Shown: piece after piece, positions 19,868-29,136 of the stretch
How positions within the stretch are numbered: the stretch's first letter is position 1
Layout: each line of letters starts with the position of its first letter
Origin: Syntrophomonadaceae bacterium
GTDB lineage: Bacteria; Bacillota; Syntrophomonadia; Syntrophomonadales; Syntrophomonadaceae
Assembly (NCBI GenBank): GCA_012520725.1
Contig: JAAYNQ010000177.1
Location: forward strand, 8,696-72,695
Direction: 5' to 3'
DNA length: 64,000 nucleotides
Program-made: the position numbers and the translations under genes
Notes under the pieces: generated by a model
What the model was told of the DNA's origin: nothing
Database searches by the model: none
The model's input: the letters and a program-made list of their open reading frames with translations, nothing else

Positions 19868-20125
19868 TAGATATCTTCCTCCTGCTAAAGAATAAATAAA
19901 ACCTCCCATCCACCAAGGGACGGAGGCTATAAGCTTTCCGCGGTACCACCCTTATTGACAATAATGTCCGCTCTGGTCCTTTTAACGGGGGTAACCGGCT
20001 TCCAGAATCCCAGATGGAATCAAGGAGCAGCTCAGAAGTCCATTCGATGAATCATGGTACCGGTTCCCAGCACTCCGGCTCTCTGTGACCATAATCGCCC
20101 ATCTACTACTTTTCTTCATTGCTTT
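19868..20125 (-). promoter_or_regulatory. T-box leader with Trp (UGG) specifier
   Basis: Read on the - strand. AGAGAG box; GAA-UGG-A specifier context (UGG at 20042..20040); T-box core GGGTGGTACCGCG (19951..19939); terminator CCTCCGTCCC...GGGAGG plus TTTTATTT. Confidence 0.9.
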
Positions 20126-20437
20126 TAAATTATTGACGTTAATAAAATACCATTATCTATAGTATAATGCAAGCTATAAGCCAATAAGACTCCAAGGTGG
20201 AAGTTCATACGGGCCGGGGAGTTGCCAAAACACCAAATAGAAGCTCAAACAAGGGGGCTGGGTTTTCTCAGAGGAATCTACTTTAGTTATCAAAAGTAAT
20301 ATTAACCTGACTTATACAGTTGTGAATTCTGTTGCAAATAATCTTCTTATATAATATTATGATTAAAGACTATTTACAGGCAAATAATACTTGAACGGTA
20401 AAAAAGGAAGGCTATTTTAGGTAAAGGAGTAGGGAAA

Positions 20438-20863
20438 ATGGATAGATTGAATGCATATATTTGTTTTAACATGCGTGCGGCTATGAAAAAGATTGACCGT
20501 TTGTTTAGCCGCCAATTAGAGGAGATAGGGATCAGTATACCACAGTCATTTATACTTTTTTGCCTGCAGGAGGAAAATGGCTTGACTCTTAAGGAAATAG
20601 GGGGGCGTACTTTAATTGATAGTTCTTCCATGACCGTACTGGTAGATAAATTGGAAAAGGAACAAATGGTAAAAAGGCAGTTGGATGCCCATGATAGAAG
20701 GGCTATTAGGGTATTTATTACTGAGGCCGGCCTGGAAATGGCAGAAAAGATAGATATTATAATATCAGACCTGAATACCTTGTTATTTGATTTATTGGGA
20801 GAGGGTAATCAAAAAGAATTTATCCATGGCTTAATCAATATCGTCAATGGGATTGAGGAATAA
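20438..20863 (+). CDS. MarR-family transcriptional regulator
   Basis: 141-aa winged-HTH pattern (LTLKEIGGRTLIDSSSMTVLVDKLEKEQMVKRQLDAHDRRA). Confidence 0.75.
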   Translation: MDRLNAYICFNMRAAMKKIDRLFSRQLEEIGISIPQSFILFCLQEENGLTLKEIGGRTLIDSSSMTVLVDKLEKEQMVKRQLDAHDRRAIRVFITEAGLEMAEKIDIIISDLNTLLFDLLGEGNQKEFIHGLINIVNGIEE

Positions 20864-20872
20864 TTAGAGTTC

Positions 20873-23146
20873 TTAAAGTCGGCTGCTCTCCTCTTCCATC
20901 ATCAGCAGGAGAAAGGGCATGATTAAGTAAATACTGGTGGTGGAAGCGGCCACAATGCCGGAATCATTTACAATCAAGGCCACCAAGGCTGCGGTTACTA
21001 TTCCTACAAAACCCTTTAGAATTACCGGTCTGCGAACCAATAGATTTTTCATTGCTCCTACCGGGAAGTAAATAAAGGTGGCCAAAACTAGTAGGATTAC
21101 AATGAATACTCGACTCCAAATGGTATATTTTATGAGTTTTACATTTACCTGAAATTTCCTTATTATTATGGTTAAGGCTTCCTGCCAACCTCCGCTGATA
21201 ATTTGATGGGCCGCCCGCCCAATATGGGATTGTAACTCGGTCGGCCTACTCATATCATAAAAGCTTACCCCAAGTATAGTAAATAAGATTATAGCCCCTA
21301 TGCTGGACCAGCCTAAGAGATTCAATCTGATTTCACTAAATAAATAGAGGCTGACCAGGAAAGCCAGTGGAGCTGTAATCATTCCGTCGGATTGAGCTCC
21401 CAATGAAGGCATTCCAATCAAATAGCATTCGAATAAAAAGAATAAGGCTAGCAAGAATAAGATCCATTTATGCTTATACTTTTCAAATAAAGCGGCTCCT
21501 GTTGCTATAGAAGCTCCCAGCAGTATCCCCATATACTCATTTCCGATTCCATAATAACGAGCTCCTGCCATGGGGTCATAACCCAGTACAGAACATTGAA
21601 TTAGAGTGGTGCCGGTTAACACATCCAGGTTTATAGCCCAGAGGGTTATGAAACTCAAAGCAATAAAAGCTCGAAAACCATTGCCCCGGCTTAAAGCTAG
21701 GGCCAGGATGGTTATAATGATGGTAGCCACAATAGCAACAAATATGTATAAGTAGTCATGGGGCAGGCGCAAGAGACCCAGGAACAGCAAAACCAGGGGG
21801 AAGGAAACCATGGCGATTATCACTGGCTTAAGCAGGAATTGGTATGATCTGTATTTGAGTATGATGATGGAGGCTAAAAGCAATATTATGATTAAGCTAC
21901 CTACATAGCCCTTAATAAGAGGAGTTCTCAGCCTGGTAGTAGTGCTGGTGCTATGGGCCAACTGCTGGGCCCGTTCCAGGGTAGATTCTTCATCAACTCC
22001 TATACTGTGTATAGCCCGGCCTATCATGGAATTATCAGCATTCTTTATTTGAAAGAAGTCCAGTATGGTAGGAGCTATATCAGTATTGGCTACTATATAC
22101 TGGCGCTGGGTGGCAGGAGAGGTTAGATAGCCTGATTTTATTCCATAGCCACTGGCTATAACCGGGGCGAAATTGTTTTTCCTGGCAATTTCGGCTCGGG
22201 AGCAGGAAGGGGCAACTATCAATAGCAGGTCCCGGGAGGGATCCAGGCTGGAATTCAGCCAGGCGGTAAAGCTATCTATTTCCTTCAATATGTTCTTTTT
22301 CTCTTGTTGATATATCTCATCGAAGGTGAGGGGCGAGTTTTCCAGTCGGGATAAATCAGGCAGGTCTATTATCAAAAGGTCAACCTGATTTGAGAAATCC
22401 CGGCTCCGTTCTTTAAGGTATTGGTAGTTGGTTTTATAGCTCAAGATGCTGTCTTCAGGGATAAGACGGGTTAAAGGTCCGATGTCTCCATGGAGAACCT
22501 GCCCTTTCTTATCCATACCCACGGCCAGTACCGGGCGCAGATGTTCAGTACCGTTATCGGCATTTCCCAGGACTGCCACCCGGTATCCGTTATCGACTAA
22601 GATCTGACCCAGGTTTCCCGGAACCGTAGTCACACTCTCATTTTTCATCCCTAATAGTATGTCGGGTAAGTTTACCATCAAACATTCGCTTTCACCTGCA
22701 TCCCAGCCGGTAATGTTTGCATAAAATCGAGCTGCGTATTGATGCTGTCCCGGAACACTTTCATCTTTATTGAATGCCATTAATCCAGTTTTGTTGCTTT
22801 TAGCCAGATTGCCGGCTCCAATGGTTAAATAGGTATTCATGGTATTATAACCGGTTAAGGTACGAGTACTGCAGAGTCCAACCGCTCCCTGTTCTATCAA
22901 CTGGTACATATTGGGAGTGGAACTCTCGTCAATATCGTTGATAGAGAGTTTATCAATGAGCAGGAGGTAGACCTTTCCCGGAGTCGCTGCTTCTGTGGAG
23001 GCCAGAGCTGCTGAAACTGTTATAGTCAAAAAAAACAAGCTCAATAAGACCACAGTCCCAATATTAGCCGGATTTATGGCCATATTTAATGGCTTTTTGC
23101 TTTTTTGCTTCCTCATCCCGGGGTTTAATCTATTTTCATTACTCAT
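20873..23146 (-). CDS. membrane protein: N-terminal signal-anchor, ~370-aa extracytoplasmic alkaline-phosphatase-superfamily-like domain, and C-terminal ~10-TM domain
   Basis: 757-aa ORF. Hydrophobic anchor VVLLSLFFLTITVSAALA, then a soluble domain (VYLLLIDKLS...STPNMYQL...GN.DN...DLLIIDLPD...NTDIAPTIL), then a long polytopic region. The domain assignment is by pattern only. Confidence 0.5.
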   Translation of the reverse strand: MSNENRLNPGMRKQKSKKPLNMAINPANIGTVVLLSLFFLTITVSAALASTEAATPGKVYLLLIDKLSINDIDESSTPNMYQLIEQGAVGLCSTRTLTGYNTMNTYLTIGAGNLAKSNKTGLMAFNKDESVPGQHQYAARFYANITGWDAGESECLMVNLPDILLGMKNESVTTVPGNLGQILVDNGYRVAVLGNADNGTEHLRPVLAVGMDKKGQVLHGDIGPLTRLIPEDSILSYKTNYQYLKERSRDFSNQVDLLIIDLPDLSRLENSPLTFDEIYQQEKKNILKEIDSFTAWLNSSLDPSRDLLLIVAPSCSRAEIARKNNFAPVIASGYGIKSGYLTSPATQRQYIVANTDIAPTILDFFQIKNADNSMIGRAIHSIGVDEESTLERAQQLAHSTSTTTRLRTPLIKGYVGSLIIILLLASIIILKYRSYQFLLKPVIIAMVSFPLVLLFLGLLRLPHDYLYIFVAIVATIIITILALALSRGNGFRAFIALSFITLWAINLDVLTGTTLIQCSVLGYDPMAGARYYGIGNEYMGILLGASIATGAALFEKYKHKWILFLLALFFLFECYLIGMPSLGAQSDGMITAPLAFLVSLYLFSEIRLNLLGWSSIGAIILFTILGVSFYDMSRPTELQSHIGRAAHQIISGGWQEALTIIIRKFQVNVKLIKYTIWSRVFIVILLVLATFIYFPVGAMKNLLVRRPVILKGFVGIVTAALVALIVNDSGIVAASTTSIYLIMPFLLLMMEEESSRL

Positions 23147-23333
23147 ATTTGCTCCTGTTTCAAATACTACTAATAAATTTCTTCTTAATTATTCTAGTAC
23201 AAAAGAATCTGCTTGGCCATGTTTACCCAGGATAGTAGCCACTTTTCTATAAAAGAATAATATAATAAACCAAGGTATTATTATGATGCTTAGGCGGCAT
23301 TGATAAAAAGATTATAAAAAAGTTTAAGCTTTA

Positions 23334-23361
23334 TTGACATGAGACAGAAATATGCTAAAAT
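23334..23361 (+). promoter_or_regulatory. sigma-A-type promoter TTGACA-16-TAAAAT upstream of speH
   Basis: Consensus -35 element and a TGc-extended -10, about 90 nt upstream of the speH start. Confidence 0.5.
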
Positions 23362-23448
23362 TCTACATGTGCCAAATGATCAGGATTAAGGCCTTGGTTT
23401 CCGAAAAAGGAGGTTTGGGAAATAGAAAAATATAGGGAGGCGATATTA

Positions 23449-23829
23449 TTGCAGTCTTTAGGGCGTCATGTACTGGCCGAAGTGTACGGATGTCGTTTTG
23501 ATGTGTTAAATGATGTCCGTAAGGTTGAGGACATCATGGTTAATGCAGCTTTGGAGGCTGGAGCTGAAGTTAGAGAAGTCGTATTCCACAAGTTCAGCCC
23601 TCAGGGAGTGAGCGGAGTGGTTGTGATTTCTGAGTCCCACCTGGCGATTCATACCTGGCCCGAACTGGGGTATGCTGCGGTTGATGTCTTTACCTGTGGA
23701 GACACAGTTAATCCGTGGGATGCATGCCAATACCTGCAGGAAAAATTTGAAGCTGATTATGTTGATGCTTCAGAGGTTAAGCGGGGAGTAATAGCAAAAC
23801 AGGAAGAGCGCTTGGCGGTAAATATTTAG
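23449..23829 (+). CDS. speH: S-adenosylmethionine decarboxylase proenzyme (class 1, SpeH type)
   Basis: [12 protein letters not shown] and the [15 protein letters not shown] self-processing site. TTG start after AGGGAGG. Confidence 0.9.
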   Translation: MQSLGRHVLAEVYGCRFDVLNDVRKVEDIMVNAALEAGAEVREVVFHKFSPQGVSGVVVISESHLAIHTWPELGYAAVDVFTCGDTVNPWDACQYLQEKFEADYVDASEVKRGVIAKQEERLAVNI

Positions 23830-23887
23830 GAGGGATACTATTTTAGTAGACCGATGTAGGTTTAGATCTAGCATCAACTATTCTTAA

Positions 23888-23932
23888 CAAGCCTTACTTG
23901 AACTAAGTAACTGCAAGTAAGGCTTGTTTTTA
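23888..23932 (+). terminator. intrinsic terminator after speH
   Basis: Perfect 13-bp stem CAAGCCTTACTTG / CAAGTAAGGCTTG followed by TTTTTAT. Confidence 0.85.
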
Positions 23933-24184
23933 TTGGTACTTAATTAAAGAATCTAAATTATATGTAAGCAAATAGGTTTTTCCTATATAATATAGATTAG
24001 TCCTATACCCAGAAAAATAATGATAATGATAATTAAGATTAGTCCTATATCAAAAAAATGATAACTATAATACCTGTGATGGAATCAATCAGGAAGAAAA
24101 TACAAGGAGAAGAATCAAGCCTTCGGCTATAAAATAGATTCAGGAGGAGAAATAGACGGATGGAGGATCTTAGGGGGATATTAA

Positions 24185-24931
24185 ATGGTTTTTCAATTTA
24201 GCCGGAATTTAAGCGATGAAATGAAGGAACTGGATGTTCTATTCCATAAAAGCATTGAACCCTGGGGACAGGATATGGAAATCTATTTGGAATGGATAGA
24301 AGAGGATCACACCTATCGTACCCTGCCTTCTATTGTATTCAGTATTTACCGGGGCCTGGGGTTAAACGAAGAATTCAGCCTGTCTATGGCCAATATTTAT
24401 AAGATACTATATTTATCAGTCTTTATTCATGAATCCATACATGATGATGAAGAGGGCCAGGAATATAATCAAGAGATGCAGTTTTCAATACTTATTGGGG
24501 ATTATATGTTTGGCCGTATTATGGCTTTGTTGCTTGAAATCGAAGCGGACATGCTATTACCATTCTTTGCTGATTTGATCTGTGAAATTAATGAAGGAAT
24601 GGTAAGGAGATATAAACTGGGCAGCAGCCGTAGTGAATATATAGCCAGTAGCCGGGCCTCTTTATACAAAAGTGCCTTTTTGACTGCAGCTTGTTGTGCT
24701 GGAAAGGATATGGAAGAACAGATTTCCTGCCAGGAGGCAGGACATAAGCTGGGGATAGCGATAGAGTTTTTGAATCAAGAGGAATTAAGGGGAGCGGCCT
24801 TACCTTATTTGGAAGCCAGTATCAGTCTATTAATGGCTGAGCCCCATGCTAGTATAAGTACCTTTATGGGACCTATTTACCAGGAAATACATGGACTGCT
24901 ATCTCTTCCTGATCAAGTGGCGGCAGTATAG
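24185..24931 (+). CDS. polyprenyl-synthase-like protein lacking canonical DDxxD pairs; possible heptaprenyl diphosphate synthase component I (HepS-like)
   Basis: 248-aa helical protein of the same size class as HepS. It has one degenerate acidic motif (IHDDEEG) and heads a cluster that ends with a HepT-like gene. Confidence 0.4.
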   Translation: MVFQFSRNLSDEMKELDVLFHKSIEPWGQDMEIYLEWIEEDHTYRTLPSIVFSIYRGLGLNEEFSLSMANIYKILYLSVFIHESIHDDEEGQEYNQEMQFSILIGDYMFGRIMALLLEIEADMLLPFFADLICEINEGMVRRYKLGSSRSEYIASSRASLYKSAFLTAACCAGKDMEEQISCQEAGHKLGIAIEFLNQEELRGAALPYLEASISLLMAEPHASISTFMGPIYQEIHGLLSLPDQVAAV

Positions 24932-25147
24932 AGCAACAGCTTGACTTTCGTCTTTAAGCTTGGGAAGAGAAAGATATATCCTGGGATTTCTTGCTTTAAG
25001 CAAGAGTCGCCCTTAGGAGGGGGACGTGCTGATTGAGTTTTAGGAGGAGATCCGCTCTGAGCTAATAAATATTCAGAGCTTCTGGAATGGCAGGCTGGAT
25101 AGAAGAGCATGCCGTTTATTTATGAAAGAGATCAATACGGGGGGATA

Positions 25148-26599
25148 ATGGTGGCCTATAAAGACTTGCAGGAATTTATTCAGGTGCTGGAGAGTAAGGG
25201 TGAACTAATTCGAATAAAAACCCAGGTTGATCCGGAATTGGAGATTACTGAAATAAGCGATCGGGTTAGCAAAAAATATGGTCCAGCCTTGTTGTTCGAA
25301 AATGTAAAGGGATCAGAGATGCCGGTGTTGATCAATGCTTTTGGCAGCCGGGAGCGTATGGCTTTAAGCCTGGGAGTGGAAAATCTGGATGATATAGCCC
25401 AGGAGATAGTGGAATTCATACAAATTGCGGACAATGTGCCCTCTTCTATGCTGGACAAAGTAAAAATATTGCCTCGTTTGGCTCAGCTTGCTTCCTTTAT
25501 GCCCAAAACGGTAAAGAATGGGGTTTGCCAGGAAGTTGTTGATTACCAACCCTCCCTGGATAAATTGCCTATTTTAAAATGCTGGCCGGAAGATGCAGGA
25601 AGATTCATCACCTTGCCGCAGGTTTACACCAAGAATCCCCACACAGGTAAGAGGAATGTAGGCATGTATCGACTGCAGGTATTTGATGACCAAACTACTG
25701 GCATGCATTGGCATATACATCATGATGGGGCACATAACTATCATTTGAACTGCCAATCAGGAAAGGCTACTGAAGTCGCTGTGGCTCTTGGCGGGGACCC
25801 AGCTATTACCTATTCCGCCACTGCCCCCCTGCCCCGGGATATTGACGAATTAATCTTTGCCGGCTTTTTGAGAAAAAAACCAGTTGAATTGGTCAAATGC
25901 AAGACGGTGGATCTGGAAGTTCCGGCTGATGCCGAGATAATTATTGAAGGAAGGGTGGATCCCTTTGAACGCAGGATTGAAGGTCCCTTCGGTGACCATA
26001 CCGGCTATTATTCTTTGGCCGCCGAGTATCCGGTGTTTCACCTCACCTGCATTACTCATCGCCAAAATGCTGTATATCCAACTACTATTGTAGGCAAACC
26101 GCCTCAGGAGGATTGCTACATGGCTTTGGCTACAGAACGCATCTTTTTACCCTTGTTGAAGTTTCAACTACCCGAGGTGGTAGATATGCACTTGCCCATG
26201 GAAGGAGTGTTTCATAATTGCGTATTCATTTCCATAAAAAAGAGTTTCCCCGGGCATGCCAGAAAAATCATGAGTTCCTTATGGGGAATGGGGCAGATGA
26301 TGTTTGCCAAGTTCATTGTGGTAGTGGACGAAGATGTGGATGTGCAAAATGTTTCTGAAGTATTGTGGAAAGTTTTTAACAACGTTGACCCCCGGCGTGA
26401 TACCATGATAGTAGATGGACCCCTGGAAGTGTTGGATCATTCTGCCCCCTTGCCCCTGCTGGGATCCAAAATGGGTATAGACGCTACCCGGAAAATGCCG
26501 GAAGAAGGTCATGATCGGGAGTGGCCTCGAGATATAGTTATGAGCCGGGATATTATTGAACTGGTAAATGCAAAATGGAGTGACTACGGCATTGAATAA
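25148..26599 (+). CDS. UbiD-family (prFMN-dependent) decarboxylase, menaquinone-type
   Basis: The N-terminus YKDLQEFIQVLESKGELIRI and a length of ~484 aa are typical of UbiD. ATG 25148 follows a GGGGGG tract. Confidence 0.85.
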   Translation: MVAYKDLQEFIQVLESKGELIRIKTQVDPELEITEISDRVSKKYGPALLFENVKGSEMPVLINAFGSRERMALSLGVENLDDIAQEIVEFIQIADNVPSSMLDKVKILPRLAQLASFMPKTVKNGVCQEVVDYQPSLDKLPILKCWPEDAGRFITLPQVYTKNPHTGKRNVGMYRLQVFDDQTTGMHWHIHHDGAHNYHLNCQSGKATEVAVALGGDPAITYSATAPLPRDIDELIFAGFLRKKPVELVKCKTVDLEVPADAEIIIEGRVDPFERRIEGPFGDHTGYYSLAAEYPVFHLTCITHRQNAVYPTTIVGKPPQEDCYMALATERIFLPLLKFQLPEVVDMHLPMEGVFHNCVFISIKKSFPGHARKIMSSLWGMGQMMFAKFIVVVDEDVDVQNVSEVLWKVFNNVDPRRDTMIVDGPLEVLDHSAPLPLLGSKMGIDATRKMPEEGHDREWPRDIVMSRDIIELVNAKWSDYGIE

Positions 26600-27440
26600 A
26601 ATCGCTAAGTTTCTCAAGTTGATAGACTTTAGTCACTCTTTATTTGGTTTGCCCTTTGCCTATTTAGGGGCCATTTTGGCCGCTGGAGCCATACCTGGCT
26701 TTTATCATTTGTTCTGGATAACTATAGCCATGATAGCGGCCCGTACTGCCGCACTCTGCTTAAATCGTCTTATTGATCGCCATATTGATAAAGCTAACCC
26801 CCGAACTGCCGGTTGGATTCTGCCCTCAGGACAATTACCACTGGGGGTTATCTGGCTGGCCGTGTTTTTGTGCCTGGGCTTATTGATGCTGGCTGCCGCT
26901 AAGCTAAACCCCCTTTGTTTGCAACTGGCACCACTAGCGGTAATAGTACTCTGGGGCTATTCTTATACCAAACGCTTTACCTGGTGGTGTCATCTCATAT
27001 TGGGGATTGCCATCGGCAGCGGCACCGTTGGAGCCTGGATTGCTATAAGCGGTACTCTGGACTGGCAGCCCTTGCTTCTGGGTATGGCGGTAGCTTGTTG
27101 GATTGCCGGTTTTGATTCCATGTACGCCTGCCAGGATATTGAATTTGATCGGGCCAATAATCTTCATTCCATACCAGCTCGATTCGGAGAGATTGGTGCT
27201 TTGAGATTTTCCGCCCTGTTTCATTTTTTTACCGTTATCTTCTTGATTGCCAACGGTCTGGTACTTCAGCTGGGGTGGTTCTATTTTATGGGGGTAGCTG
27301 TGGCTGGGGCCATTCTGACTTATGAGCATATAATCGTGAAACCGGGAAATTTGAGCCGGGTTAATTTTGCTTCCTTCAAAATAAACCATTATGTGGGTCT
27401 GATAATATTTGCTGCTGCAATGATGGACATACTAGTATAA
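26568..27440 (+). CDS. UbiA-family aromatic prenyltransferase
   Basis: About 9 TM segments. NRLIDRHID (NxxxDxxxD) and a second Asp-rich motif DSMYACQDIEFD. Confidence 0.85.
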   Translation: MQNGVTTALNKIAKFLKLIDFSHSLFGLPFAYLGAILAAGAIPGFYHLFWITIAMIAARTAALCLNRLIDRHIDKANPRTAGWILPSGQLPLGVIWLAVFLCLGLLMLAAAKLNPLCLQLAPLAVIVLWGYSYTKRFTWWCHLILGIAIGSGTVGAWIAISGTLDWQPLLLGMAVACWIAGFDSMYACQDIEFDRANNLHSIPARFGEIGALRFSALFHFFTVIFLIANGLVLQLGWFYFMGVAVAGAILTYEHIIVKPGNLSRVNFASFKINHYVGLIIFAAAMMDILV

Positions 27441-27447
27441 ACTTAGA

Positions 27448-28062
27448 ATGGTGAGGGATATTGCTTTGGTCAAATATATAGTGGCAATAAGTGGTGCCAG
27501 TGGATCAGTATATGGGATAAGGTTGATCCGGGAACTGCTAATAAGAGAGCAAGAAGTGCATATTATAGTCAGTGAACCAGCCCGACTGGTTATTAAACAT
27601 GAGTTGGGATGGGATTTATCTGGATCGCTGGAGGGCGTTCTAAGATCCAAGTTACCCTCAGGCCATATGTACTTTTATGATAATCAGAACATTGCCGCCC
27701 CTTTGGCCAGCGGTTCTTTTATAAGCCGGGCCATGATTGTTATGCCCTGCAGTATGGCTTGTTTATCTGGAATAGCCACTGGAAATGCCAGAAACCTTAT
27801 AGAAAGGGCAGCTGATGTGATGCTGAAAGAGAGGCGCAAGTTGATCCTGGTACCCCGGGAAACCCCCTTGCATTCCGTTCATTTGCGCAACATGTTGACA
27901 CTGTCGGAATTGGGGGCTCATCTAATACCAGCTATGCCGGCTTTTTACCATCACCCCCGGACTTTGGAAGATATAATTGCTTTTATGGTGGGCAAGGTCA
28001 TGGATGCCTTGAATATCGAGCACAATATTTACCAGCGATACCAGTATGAAGAAGAGCAATAA
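27448..28062 (+). CDS. ubiX: flavin prenyltransferase UbiX
   Basis: IVAISGASGSVYG and VMPCSMACLSGIATG motifs, ~200 aa. Confidence 0.9.
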   Translation: MVRDIALVKYIVAISGASGSVYGIRLIRELLIREQEVHIIVSEPARLVIKHELGWDLSGSLEGVLRSKLPSGHMYFYDNQNIAAPLASGSFISRAMIVMPCSMACLSGIATGNARNLIERAADVMLKERRKLILVPRETPLHSVHLRNMLTLSELGAHLIPAMPAFYHHPRTLEDIIAFMVGKVMDALNIEHNIYQRYQYEEEQ

Positions 28063-28127
28063 GAATTTATTGGAATCTGTTTGAAATAGTATATAATATA
28101 TTTTAATTCGCTTTTGGAGAGGGAAAA

Positions 28128-29093
28128 ATGCATAAGCAAATTTTTAATCCTGTGCGCAGGGAACTGGAAATGGTGGAAGGGAATCTAAATCAAAATATAG
28201 ATTCAGGGGTAGATGTTTTAAACCAGGCTTCCATGCATTTGGCTAAAGCGGGGGGGAAAAGGCTTAGGCCAGCTTTCGCCTTATTGGCGGCCCGCTTTTT
28301 TCTGGATAACCTGGAGCAGGTTATACCTATGGCTACCGCCCTGGAATTGACTCACCTGGCTACCCTGGTCCATGATGACGTAATAGATAATTCGGTACTG
28401 CGGAGAGGGACCTATACTGTTAAACAACAGTGGGGTAATCGAGTATCTATTAATGCCGGCAACTACATTTTTGCTAGAGCTCTGGCTTTAAGTGCGTCTT
28501 ATCAGCGCCGGGACATTCTTGAGGTACTGGCCCAGGCCAGTATGAAGATCTGTGAAGGTGAGATATACCAGATGATGAGTTCCTACAATGTAGATGTAGG
28601 GCTAAAGAATTATTTGCGCCGCATAGAACGGAAAACAGCCCTATTAATATCAGTCAGTTGCAAGTTAGGGGCTATGATTGCCGGGGCTCAGGCGGCCCAG
28701 ATCAGGGCCCTGGAAATGTATGGATATTACCTGGGGATGGCCTTTCAAGTAACCGATGATATACTTGATTTTGTTGCCGATGAAGAGTTATTGGGCAAAC
28801 CAACCGGAAGCGATATCAAGCAGGGGGTTATTACCCTTCCAGCTATTTATGCTTTACATCACAGTCCGGATAAAGAGGAGTTGAGATATCTTTTGTCATC
28901 ACCCAGCTTGTGCTCAACCCAATCTGAGCGCATATTGGACATAGTTTTAAGTTCAGATGGAGTTGATTATGCCTACTGGGTAACCGAGCATTTCGCCGGT
29001 AAAGCCAGAAAAGAGCTGGATAGGCTCCCGGACCAACCAGTAAAAAGCACTCTATATGAAATCGCTGATTTTATCTCAGCCCGTGAGTATTAG
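28128..29093 (+). CDS. hepT: long-chain trans-polyprenyl diphosphate synthase (HepT-like component II)
   Basis: Two Asp-rich motifs, LVHDDVIDNS and FQVTDDILDF. 321 aa. Confidence 0.85.
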   Translation: MHKQIFNPVRRELEMVEGNLNQNIDSGVDVLNQASMHLAKAGGKRLRPAFALLAARFFLDNLEQVIPMATALELTHLATLVHDDVIDNSVLRRGTYTVKQQWGNRVSINAGNYIFARALALSASYQRRDILEVLAQASMKICEGEIYQMMSSYNVDVGLKNYLRRIERKTALLISVSCKLGAMIAGAQAAQIRALEMYGYYLGMAFQVTDDILDFVADEELLGKPTGSDIKQGVITLPAIYALHHSPDKEELRYLLSSPSLCSTQSERILDIVLSSDGVDYAYWVTEHFAGKARKELDRLPDQPVKSTLYEIADFISAREY

Positions 29094-29136
29094 ATTTTAT
29101 CTCAAGCAATAAGCACTCAGCAATGGGGGTACATTT

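Noticed and set aside
23408-23448. Double Shine-Dalgarno with a possible 6-codon mini-ORF (TTG GGA AAT AGA AAA ATA TAG) in the speH leader, reminiscent of uORF control of eukaryotic SAM decarboxylase.
   Set aside because: The SD-to-TTG spacing is ~1 nt, so translation is unlikely. I cannot show any supporting conservation.
26934-27389. 151-aa - strand ORF and a 66-aa + strand alternate-frame ORF inside the UbiA gene.
   Set aside because: They overlap a membrane-protein gene with clear UbiA Asp-rich motifs, and there is no independent evidence for them.
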